Source of the DNA: an uncultured bacterium
GTDB lineage: Bacteria > Caldisericota > Caldisericia > B22-G15
Length of the DNA: 18,399 nt
Assembly: GCA_965612865.1 (NCBI GenBank)
Contig: CBFDTJ010000025.1
Location: 1-18,399, forward strand
Direction of reading: 5' to 3'
The number at the start of each line of letters is the position of its first letter. Positions within the stretch are counted from its first letter, which is position 1. Below the pieces are notes generated by a model, which was given only the letters and a program-made list of their open reading frames with translations, ran no database searches and was not told the DNA's origin. Shown piece after piece: positions 8,139-16,835 of the stretch. The position numbers and the translations under genes were made by a program.

Positions 8139-10286
8139 ATGGGTCAAGAAATAGAGAAAAAAACGTTAGAAATTGAGGTAGCGGGAAAAAATATAATTTT
8201 TGAAACAGGAGAACTTGCAAAGCAAGCCGGTGGTTCCACTCTTGTTAAACTTGGTGGAACTGTTGTTCTTGCTGTTGCTACTGTTTCTGAAGAACCCCGA
8301 GAGGATATTGATTTTCTTCCCCTTGTTGTAGATTATGAAGAGAAGCTTTATGCTGCAGGAAAAATTCCTGGAGGTTTCTACAAGAGAGAAGGAAGACCAA
8401 CAGAGTCAGAGATATTAAAGTCAAGACTTATTGACAGACCTTTAAGACCACTATTCCCTGAGTTTTTCTATAATGATGTACAGGTGATAGTTACTGTTTT
8501 ATCTCAGGATAAGGAAAATCCTGCTGATATTCTTGGATTAAATGGAGCATCCCTTGCTGTATCTCTTTCAAATGCTCCCTTTGAAGGTCCCATAGGTGCA
8601 GTAAGAATTGGGAAGATAGGAGATAAATTCATAATTAATCCCACTTTTGAAGAGATAGAAAATGGTGAAATGGATATTGTTGTGGCTGGAACAGAAGATA
8701 ATATAATTATGGTTGAAGCAGGAGCAAAAGAGGTTCCAGAGGATGTAATAGTTGATGCCCTTGAAGTTGCTCATGAAGAGATTAGAAAAATTGCAAGAAA
8801 GATAAAAGAATTTGCCTCTATGTATGGAAAGGAGAAGATGGAAGTTACTCCTCTTGAAATAGAAGAATCTATGGTTGAAGAGGCAAGAAAAGAGCTTGAA
8901 CCAAAAATTGAGGAAATTCTCTCAAAAGCTAAGGATAAAAAGGAGAGGGAAGCACTACTTGATGAATTAAAGGAAGAGTTTGTAGGAAAGTTTATTCCTG
9001 AAGACGAAGAGAATAATGAACTTGAGAAAAAGCTAAAATATATATTCAAGAAAGTACTCAAAAAGTATGTCAGAAGAAGAGTATTTGAGAAAAAGATAAG
9101 AGTAGATGGAAGAGGACCAAAGGATGTAAGACCACTTTATATAAAGGTTGGTTTTCTCCCTTACGCTCATGGCTCTGGATTATTTACAAGAGGTCAAACT
9201 CAAGTTCTCTCTGTTACCACCCTTGGAGGGGTTGGTGAAGGTCAATTAATTGAAGGTCTGGAAGAAGAATTTACCAAGAGATATATGCACTACTATAACT
9301 TCCCTCCATTTTCCGTAGGTGAGGTTAAGCCTTTGCGTGCACCATCAAGAAGAGAAATTGGACACGGAGCTCTTGCAGAAAGAGCGTTGCTTCCTGTGCT
9401 TCCTCCTGAAGATGAGTTCCCATACACAATAAGGGTAGTTTCTGAAGTTCTTGAATCAAATGGCTCAACTTCTATGGCTTCTGTTTGCGGTTCCACACTT
9501 TCTCTAATGGATGCAGGTGTTCCTATAAAAAGACCTGTTTCAGGAATAGCCATGGGACTTATAAAGGAAGAAGATGGTTTTGTAGTTCTTACAGACATTC
9601 AGGGAATGGAAGATGCTCTTGGAGATATGGATTTTAAAGTTGCAGGAACTAAAAATGGAGTGACAGCGCTCCAGATGGATATGAAGATAAAGGGTATAGA
9701 TACAGATATTTTAAGGGTGGCCCTATCTCAGGCAAGAGAAGCAAGAATGTACATTTTAGGGGAAATGTTAAAGGTGATTGATAAACCAAGAGATTCTGTA
9801 TCCCCGTATGCTCCAAGAGTTATAGTTATGGATATTACACCTGAAAAAATAAAAGATGTAATTGGTCCTCAGGGAAAATTTATAAAGAAGATTATAGAGG
9901 AAACAGGAGCTAAAATAGATATTGAACCCACAGGAATTCTGTATATTACAGCGCCTGACATGGAATCCGGTAATAAAGCCAAGAAGATGGTTGAAGAGCT
10001 GACCAAAGATGTAGAGGTAGGAAGAGTTTATCTTGGGAAGGTACTCTCTGTTAGAGATTTTGGTCTTATAGTGGAGTTAACTCCAAGTAAAGATGGACTC
10101 TTGCATGTATCCCAGATGCCAGCTTCCACTGCAAAGAATCCCAAACTCTGGCCAAAAGTAGGCGAAGAAATTGTGGTAAAGGTTCAGAGAGTAGATGAAC
10201 TTGGAAGAATAACACTTACTCAGAAAGGGCTCTTTCCTGAGAAAGAAAAAAACACCCATAATAGAAGAGGTAAATGGAGAAAATAA
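8139..10286 (+). CDS. pnp: Polyribonucleotide nucleotidyltransferase (PNPase)
   Basis: ETGELAKQA, GKIPGGFYKREGRP, RLIDRPLRP, FTRGQTQ, RREIGHG, SNGSTSMAS, GDMDFKVAG; KH (VIGPQGK) and S1 domains; follows rpsO. Confidence 0.99.
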   Translation: MGQEIEKKTLEIEVAGKNIIFETGELAKQAGGSTLVKLGGTVVLAVATVSEEPREDIDFLPLVVDYEEKLYAAGKIPGGFYKREGRPTESEILKSRLIDRPLRPLFPEFFYNDVQVIVTVLSQDKENPADILGLNGASLAVSLSNAPFEGPIGAVRIGKIGDKFIINPTFEEIENGEMDIVVAGTEDNIIMVEAGAKEVPEDVIVDALEVAHEEIRKIARKIKEFASMYGKEKMEVTPLEIEESMVEEARKELEPKIEEILSKAKDKKEREALLDELKEEFVGKFIPEDEENNELEKKLKYIFKKVLKKYVRRRVFEKKIRVDGRGPKDVRPLYIKVGFLPYAHGSGLFTRGQTQVLSVTTLGGVGEGQLIEGLEEEFTKRYMHYYNFPPFSVGEVKPLRAPSRREIGHGALAERALLPVLPPEDEFPYTIRVVSEVLESNGSTSMASVCGSTLSLMDAGVPIKRPVSGIAMGLIKEEDGFVVLTDIQGMEDALGDMDFKVAGTKNGVTALQMDMKIKGIDTDILRVALSQAREARMYILGEMLKVIDKPRDSVSPYAPRVIVMDITPEKIKDVIGPQGKFIKKIIEETGAKIDIEPTGILYITAPDMESGNKAKKMVEELTKDVEVGRVYLGKVLSVRDFGLIVELTPSKDGLLHVSQMPASTAKNPKLWPKVGEEIVVKVQRVDELGRITLTQKGLFPEKEKNTHNRRGKWRK

Positions 10287-11527
10287 TAGAAAAGACCCTG
10301 AAATCAGGGTCTAAGTTTATTTTTCAAAAGAATTCAAATTTCCCCTCTTTTTCTCTTTTTGTTTTAGTTCCCTCAGGCTCAATATTTGAAACAGAAGATA
10401 CAAATGGATATTCACACTTTATAGAGCATCTTGTTTTTAAAGGGACTGATAGAAGAAATAGTTTGGATATTCCCAGAGAGATTGAGGGTATTGGTGGAGA
10501 TATGAATGCATTTACTGGAAGTGAGTTTACCGGGTTTTATATAAGAGCAAGGGACAAACATTTTGATAGAGCAAGTGACGTACTCTTTGACATTCTCTTT
10601 AATGCATCATTCCCAGAGGTGGAAATTGAAAGGGAGAAGAATGTTGTTATCCAGGAGATTTTATCCCTTGAGGATTCACCAGATGAACTCTCCATTGTGG
10701 AACTTAAAAAAGCAATGTGGAGTGGTTCTCCTTTCTCATTTGAAGTTATTGGAAAGGATAGTGTTATAAAGAATGCAACAAGAGACAAGCTTATAAACTT
10801 TTACAGGAGTTTCTATACTCCAGAAAAGATTATTATTTCTGTTTATGGAAATCTGGAATTTGACAAGGTTAAAAGCATTCTTGAAGAAAAGATAGATAAA
10901 AAGAGCAAGAACTCCAGGTTCAACTCATCTCCTAAAGCTCCTGAATTTAAAAAAGGTATAAGTGTAAAATGGAAAGATACAAAGCAGGTTCATATCTCAA
11001 TTGGATTTCCATTTCCTTCAGTTGTATCCCCAGATTATTACTCTTCTCTTTTATACACAGTTATACTTGGTGGAGGAATGTCTTCAAGGCTTTACTCTAA
11101 GATAAGAGAGGAGTTAGGACTTGTTTATTCTATATATACCTTTACTCTATCCTATAAGGATACAGGTGCAGGAGTTATATACTTTGCTACATCAAAGGAA
11201 AACGTTGGAAAGGTAGTTAACGAGATAAAAGTGATACTTACAAGGATAACTAAGGAAGGTGTAAAAAAAGATGAAATAGAAAGGGGAAAAGAGTATTTAA
11301 TAGGGAATTCTCTGCTAAAACTTGAGAGTTCTCTCTCAAGAAGTGAAAGAAATGCTGTTTCTTATCATAGGAGGGGCTATGTGGAGGTTTTTGATGAGGT
11401 TATCAAGAAGCTTCAATCTGTCACTTATGATGAAATTATGATGGAAGCAGAGAAGGTAAATTTTGATAATGTAAGTTTTGGTATTTGCGGAGACATAAAT
11501 TATGACGAATTTAAAAGATTATTGTAA
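10274..11527 (+). CDS. M16 (pitrilysin/insulinase) family zinc peptidase
   Basis: Inverted zinc motif HFIEH, NAFT, LGGGMSSRL and IREELGLVYS; this position after pnp is common in Firmicutes-like genomes. Confidence 0.93.
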   Translation: MEKIIEKTLKSGSKFIFQKNSNFPSFSLFVLVPSGSIFETEDTNGYSHFIEHLVFKGTDRRNSLDIPREIEGIGGDMNAFTGSEFTGFYIRARDKHFDRASDVLFDILFNASFPEVEIEREKNVVIQEILSLEDSPDELSIVELKKAMWSGSPFSFEVIGKDSVIKNATRDKLINFYRSFYTPEKIIISVYGNLEFDKVKSILEEKIDKKSKNSRFNSSPKAPEFKKGISVKWKDTKQVHISIGFPFPSVVSPDYYSSLLYTVILGGGMSSRLYSKIREELGLVYSIYTFTLSYKDTGAGVIYFATSKENVGKVVNEIKVILTRITKEGVKKDEIERGKEYLIGNSLLKLESSLSRSERNAVSYHRRGYVEVFDEVIKKLQSVTYDEIMMEAEKVNFDNVSFGICGDINYDEFKRLL

Positions 11528-13169
11528 AGAAAATCCTGTTAAAATTACGTTTCTCGGTGGTCTTGGAGAAATTGGAAAAAACATGACAGTTTTTGAGGAT
11601 AGAGATTCTGCCTTTATTCTTGATGCAGGTTTCAAATTTCCAGAGGCAGAGATGTATGGAGTTGAACAGGTTATCCCGGATATGGGGTATATTGAAACAA
11701 TTAAAGATAAGTTAAAAGGGCTTGTGCTTACACATGCACATCTTGATCATATAGGGGCAATAAAGTTTGTATTTGAAAAGATTAAATTACCTCTTTTTGG
11801 AACAAAACTCACTTTAGGACTTGCTTCAACAGTTATTCCTGGAAGATACAAACCATATGAAGAGCATGAAATAAAGCCTGGCGAAAGATTTAATATAGGA
11901 ACCTTCCAGCTGGAAGGGGTGTATGTTAATCACTCCATCCCAGATGGAATAGGTCTTATTATAAGAAGAAAGGGTTGTGGCACTATATTTCACACAGGTG
12001 ATTTCAAGATAGATGCTACTCCCATTGACGGAAGAGCAATAGATTTGCAGAGGATTGGAATGCTCGGGAGGGAAGGAGTTTTGCTTCTCCTTTCAGATTC
12101 AACTAATGCTACAAGAGATGGTCTTACTGGTTCAGAGAGGATTGTCGGCGACAATCTTGAAAGACTTTTTAGAAAAACAAAGGGAAGAATCATAATAACC
12201 ACCTTTTCAACAAATATTCATAGAATACAGCAGATATTCGATATATCATGGAAGTTAAAAAAGAAGGTCCATGTTGATGGTAAAAGCTTTGTAAACATTA
12301 TAAGTGTTGCAAAAAAGCTGGGATACCTTAATATTCCTGATGGTTTAACTGTTGATATAAATGAGCTTCCTCTTGTTCCTGACGAAAATCTTGTTATCCT
12401 TACAACGGGGAGTCAGGGAGAACCTCTTTCAGGTCTTACAAGGCTTTCATCTTCCACCCACCAGAGATTAAGAATTCTTCCCGGAGATACAGTTATTATT
12501 TCTGCCCATCCTATACCAGGTAATGAAGAGTTTGTTAACAGGACAGTGAACAATCTATTTTCTCTCGGCGCCGATGTTATCTATAGAGAGGAAGAAGGAA
12601 TCCATGTATCAGGCCATGCTTCAGGAGATGAATTGAAGATAATGCTTCAGCTGACAAAACCAAAATTTTTTGTTCCAGTTCATGGAGAGACAAGGCATCT
12701 CTATGCACATAAAAAGATTGCTCTTGATGTTGGTGTTGAGGATAACAATATATTTATTCTCGAAAATGGTGATTCTCTAATTGTGTATGATGATAGAGTG
12801 AGGAGAGGGAAAAAGGAAATTTCTGGAGAGTTGTTTATAGATGGTCTTGGTTTTGAAAAAGAAGAGAGCGAAGTTCTAAAGGACAGGAGATTTCTTGCAA
12901 AGGAGGGGATTGTTGCTGTTGCTCTTATAGTTAAGAAAGGAAGGCTTAAGGATATTAAGTTTGCCTCAAGAGGTTTCTTTGCAGAAGAGGAACTTAAACC
13001 AATTCTTCAGAGTGCCAGGGATAGAATTTTAACTATTTTCTACGAAAATCATAACTATTCAAGGGATATCCTTGAAAGGGATATAAATGGTGCACTTTCT
13101 TCTCTATTTTATAAAAAGACAAGAAGAAGACCCATGATTCTTACCCTCATATTTGAGGAAGAACAATGA
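11502..13169 (+). CDS. rnj: Ribonuclease J
   Basis: LGGLGEIGKNM, metallo-beta-lactamase motif THAHLDHIG, HSIPD, HTGDFK, SDSTNA, TGSQGEP, HVSGHA, PVHGE and TRRRPMI. Confidence 0.96.
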   Translation: MTNLKDYCKENPVKITFLGGLGEIGKNMTVFEDRDSAFILDAGFKFPEAEMYGVEQVIPDMGYIETIKDKLKGLVLTHAHLDHIGAIKFVFEKIKLPLFGTKLTLGLASTVIPGRYKPYEEHEIKPGERFNIGTFQLEGVYVNHSIPDGIGLIIRRKGCGTIFHTGDFKIDATPIDGRAIDLQRIGMLGREGVLLLLSDSTNATRDGLTGSERIVGDNLERLFRKTKGRIIITTFSTNIHRIQQIFDISWKLKKKVHVDGKSFVNIISVAKKLGYLNIPDGLTVDINELPLVPDENLVILTTGSQGEPLSGLTRLSSSTHQRLRILPGDTVIISAHPIPGNEEFVNRTVNNLFSLGADVIYREEEGIHVSGHASGDELKIMLQLTKPKFFVPVHGETRHLYAHKKIALDVGVEDNNIFILENGDSLIVYDDRVRRGKKEISGELFIDGLGFEKEESEVLKDRRFLAKEGIVAVALIVKKGRLKDIKFASRGFFAEEELKPILQSARDRILTIFYENHNYSRDILERDINGALSSLFYKKTRRRPMILTLIFEEEQ

Positions 13170-14650
13170 AAAAGGTTAAATTTGTTGACCTTACTTTAAG
13201 AGATGGGCAGCAGAGTAATGCTGCCACAAGAATGACTACAGAGCAAATTTTAAGAGTTTTAAAACCAATTGTTGATTCTGGTTTTTCTGGCATGGAGGTA
13301 TGGGGAGGGGCGACCCTTGATAGCGCCATGAGATACTTAAAAGAAGACCCATGGGAAAGATTAGAGAAGATAAGAGAAGTTGCATCAAATCTTCTTGATA
13401 TACGAACTCTTATAAGGGGGCAGAATCTTTTTGCATACTCTCCATATCCAGATGACCTTGTGATTTCATTTGTTAAGGAAACAGTTAGAACTGGATCCAA
13501 TCTTATAAGAACTTTTGATGCCTTAAATGACTGGAGGAACTTACAAACATCCATCATGGCCACAAAGACCTATGGAGGAAAAATTGAAGGTGCAATGTCT
13601 TATACAACAGGCCCTGTTTTTAATGAGAAGTATTACCTTGACCTTGCCCTTACCCTTCAAGATGAAGGATGTGATCAGATTGCAATTAAGGATATGGCTG
13701 GAATTCTTGAACCAAAGGTGGCATATAAACTCATAAAGCTTCTAAAAAGTAAGTTGGAAGTTCCCTTAACACTTCATTCTCATACTACAGTTGGGTTTGC
13801 TACTCTCAATGCGATTATAGCAATGCATCTTGGGGTGGATTTTATTGATACAGCATTTGTTCCTTTTGCTGGAGGAGCATCCCATCCTTCCATTGAGGTT
13901 CTCATTGTTTTTGCTGATTTTATGGGAATTGAACATGACATTGATAAGAGCAGGTTCGCATATATAAATAAAGAACTTTTTAAGATATTTGACGAGATTG
14001 GAAAATACTCTCCATACTATGGAAAGTATTACAGAAATTTTGATGTAGAAAAAATTGACATGAAGAAGGTTGAAAAGATAGTAAGAATTGTTACAGACGA
14101 GGATCTTGATAAATTTGACGAAGCCTTAGATCTTACGAGAAAATTACTTTCAGAGCTTGATTTTCCGCCACCAGATGAAAGACAAATCAAGGCTCAGATT
14201 CCAGGGGGAATGCTTACAAATCTGTACAACCAGTTAAAACAGATTGGGAAACTTGATCTTCTTGATAAGATACTTGAGGAGGTTCCACGGGTGAGAAAAG
14301 ATGCTGGATATCCTCCCCTTGTTACCCCCACAAGTCAAATAATTGGCTCTCAGGCTGTCTTTAATGTCCTTTCAGGAGAAAGATATAAACAGGTGAGCAA
14401 GGAATTTAGAATGCTCATAAAAGGTTATTTTGGAAGAACCCCTGTTCCCATTGATAAAGAGTTTATGGAAAAAATACTTGGTAAGGACGAAGAGATTTTA
14501 AATTGCAGGGCAGCATCCTATCTTAAGCCAGCCTTATGTAATATTGGGAAAGTTCCTTCATATGTGAAGACTCATAGAGATTTACTTTTGTATCTTATGC
14601 TTGAAGAAACAGCAGACGAATTCTTAAAATTTAAGTATAGAGAGGCGTAA
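13166..14650 (+). CDS. Pyruvate carboxylase subunit B / oxaloacetate decarboxylase alpha-like carboxyltransferase, without a biotinyl domain
   Basis: DLTLRDGQQS, WGGATLD, EDPWERL, IKDMAG, LHSH, QIPGGM and GYPPLVTPTSQI; no C-terminal AMKM biotin-attachment motif. Confidence 0.88.
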   Translation: MKKVKFVDLTLRDGQQSNAATRMTTEQILRVLKPIVDSGFSGMEVWGGATLDSAMRYLKEDPWERLEKIREVASNLLDIRTLIRGQNLFAYSPYPDDLVISFVKETVRTGSNLIRTFDALNDWRNLQTSIMATKTYGGKIEGAMSYTTGPVFNEKYYLDLALTLQDEGCDQIAIKDMAGILEPKVAYKLIKLLKSKLEVPLTLHSHTTVGFATLNAIIAMHLGVDFIDTAFVPFAGGASHPSIEVLIVFADFMGIEHDIDKSRFAYINKELFKIFDEIGKYSPYYGKYYRNFDVEKIDMKKVEKIVRIVTDEDLDKFDEALDLTRKLLSELDFPPPDERQIKAQIPGGMLTNLYNQLKQIGKLDLLDKILEEVPRVRKDAGYPPLVTPTSQIIGSQAVFNVLSGERYKQVSKEFRMLIKGYFGRTPVPIDKEFMEKILGKDEEILNCRAASYLKPALCNIGKVPSYVKTHRDLLLYLMLEETADEFLKFKYREA

Positions 14651-14651
14651 G

Positions 14652-15749
14652 GTGAGTGTTGTTTATTTTGGTAGCATGAGATCTATATCAGAAGAGAGAT
14701 CATTTTTAAAGAAGATAAGAAAGATAGCAGATATACTCACTGATAATATTGATGAGGGTGATCTTGTAGCCATAAAACTTCATTTTGGTGAGCTTGGGAA
14801 TCATGGTTTTTTAAGACCTATATTTGTGAGGCAGGTTGTTGATGTAATTAAAGAGAAAGGTGGCAAACCATTTCTCACAGATTCCAACACTCTTTACAAA
14901 GGTTCAAGGTCAAATGCAGTGGACCACTTAAACACAGCAGTTTACAATGGATTTTCCTATGCATCTATAGGTTGCCCTGTGATAATCGCTGATGGAATTA
15001 AAGGTCAATATTATCAAGAAATACCTGTAAATTTAAAGTATTTTAGAACTGTTAAAATTGCAGGTGCCATTGTTGATGCCGATTACCTTCTTGTTCTTAC
15101 CCACTTCAAAGGCCATATGATGGCTGGATTTGGAGGAGCTATAAAGAATGTTGCCATGGGGTGTGCTACAAGAGCTGGAAAACAAGTTCAGCATGCAGAT
15201 TTCAAACCACCATTTAATGAAGAGAAATGTATAGGATGTGGAGAGTGTGCGTCACACTGTCCCGAGGATGCTATAAAAATCGTTAATGGAAAATCAGATA
15301 TTGACTATGATAGATGTACAGGATGCGGAGAGTGTGTGACTGTATGTCCCACAGGTGCAATAAGTATTGTATGGGAAGAACCAACTGAGAAACTTGAAGA
15401 AAAAATGGCAGAGTATGCCTTCGGGGTTTTAAAAATTAAAAAGCCAAAGGTATCTTTTATAAATTTTGTTGTAGATGTATCTCCAGACTGCGATTGTCTT
15501 CCATGGCATGATGCAAACATTATTCCTGATGTGGGTGTTTTTGGTTCAAAAGATATATTGTCTGTAGAACAAGCATCTTTTGATGCAATAAAGAATGCAC
15601 CGGCACTTCCTGATACATCAGTTAAAGAAATACCCCTTATTGGAGAAGACAAATTCTATCATATTCACCACCTATCCGGAGAAACTCAACTTAAATATGC
15701 TGAAGAAATAGGTTTAGGAGAGAGGAGTTATAAAATAAAGAGGGTATAA
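14652..15749 (+). CDS. DUF362-domain protein with a 2x[4Fe-4S] ferredoxin insert
   Basis: AIKLHFGE, HFKGH..GFGGAIKN, CIGCGECASHCP, CTGCGECVTVCP and SPDCDC; GTG start 1 nt after the upstream stop. Confidence 0.88.
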   Translation: MSVVYFGSMRSISEERSFLKKIRKIADILTDNIDEGDLVAIKLHFGELGNHGFLRPIFVRQVVDVIKEKGGKPFLTDSNTLYKGSRSNAVDHLNTAVYNGFSYASIGCPVIIADGIKGQYYQEIPVNLKYFRTVKIAGAIVDADYLLVLTHFKGHMMAGFGGAIKNVAMGCATRAGKQVQHADFKPPFNEEKCIGCGECASHCPEDAIKIVNGKSDIDYDRCTGCGECVTVCPTGAISIVWEEPTEKLEEKMAEYAFGVLKIKKPKVSFINFVVDVSPDCDCLPWHDANIIPDVGVFGSKDILSVEQASFDAIKNAPALPDTSVKEIPLIGEDKFYHIHHLSGETQLKYAEEIGLGERSYKIKRV

Positions 15750-15785
15750 TAAGTTATCCCTCAAAAAATTTAAGGAGGTAAAATT

Positions 15786-16184
15786 ATGAGGATCTATCTA
15801 TTTCTGTTTTTCATGGTGGGGGTTTCGATTCTATGGCTCTGGTTTCTATTCTTTATTACAAGAAAACTTACAGGAGCAAAGGTTATTGCAGTTATTATAA
15901 TTGCACTTGTAGGTCTTGTAGTCTTTTTCGGGATTAAATACTATTCCTTTTACCTCTATGATCCCAAAAGTTTTTATATAATCCCTGCACATAAACTAAC
16001 CTATGGAGGTGTAAGACTCTTTGATTTTATCTACTTTAGTTTTGTCACAATAACAACTCTGGGCTATGGAGATATTATCCCCCTCCATACGCTCACAAAG
16101 ATTCTTACAATTCTTGAGGTTTTAATGGGTGTTAGCTTTGTTGGTTTAATTCTTGGAAGAATAGTTATTAAAAGGGAATCATAA
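15786..16184 (+). CDS. Small potassium-channel-family membrane protein (pore-only, Ion_trans_2-like)
   Basis: YFSFVTITTLGYGDI pore helix and filter, two preceding hydrophobic segments and one following; RBS AAGGAGGT. Confidence 0.85.
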   Translation: MRIYLFLFFMVGVSILWLWFLFFITRKLTGAKVIAVIIIALVGLVVFFGIKYYSFYLYDPKSFYIIPAHKLTYGGVRLFDFIYFSFVTITTLGYGDIIPLHTLTKILTILEVLMGVSFVGLILGRIVIKRES

Positions 16185-16826
16185 AGTTTTTCTTGTCACA
16201 AGCAGTCTTATATATCCAAAGGCTAATGGAATTTCTTTTTCTACCTTGAAACCGAAATTTTCTACATATTTTGATAAATCTATTTTTATAAATTCAAAGG
16301 CAAGCGGACATTCAAACTTTTTAAAGAACCATCTTACTATAAAATTTGCCGTATCAATATCAAACTCAGAGTAATCAAGTATGTTAAGTTGCCCTCCATC
16401 CTTTAGACTTTTATAGGCATTCTTTAAAATTTTTTCTCTATCATAATCCTCAAATCCATGAAATACAAAGGACATAAAAACATGGTCAAATTCATTCTCA
16501 AAGGGTAAGTCCTCTTCAATTCTTCCATCAAAAACTTTAAAATTTTTATACTTTTCACTTCTTCTCTTTGCCGCTTCGAGCATCTCTTTTGATATATCAA
16601 CACCCACTATCTCTCCATTAAATTTCATCTTCTTTAGCATCAAAATGGCATTTTTTCCGCTTCCGCACCCAAAGTCAATAACTCTATCCCCCTCCTTTAG
16701 ATCCATCTTATCAATAGCTCCCTTTATAAGCCTTGAATATCCACCAAAGGTCAGTAGACTCATCAATATATCATAATTTTTTGCTACAAATCCAGAAAGT
16801 TCAACCTTGCTTCTATCACCTCCCAT
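16179..16826 (-). CDS. Class I SAM-dependent methyltransferase (UbiE/MenG-like)
   Basis: Motif I VIDFGCGSG, GVDISKEML, LPFENEFD, FVFHG and LKDGG; RBS GGAGG. Confidence 0.9.
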   Translation of the reverse strand: MGGDRSKVELSGFVAKNYDILMSLLTFGGYSRLIKGAIDKMDLKEGDRVIDFGCGSGKNAILMLKKMKFNGEIVGVDISKEMLEAAKRRSEKYKNFKVFDGRIEEDLPFENEFDHVFMSFVFHGFEDYDREKILKNAYKSLKDGGQLNILDYSEFDIDTANFIVRWFFKKFECPLAFEFIKIDLSKYVENFGFKVEKEIPLAFGYIRLLVTRKTL

Positions 16827-16835
16827 AATGCCTCC

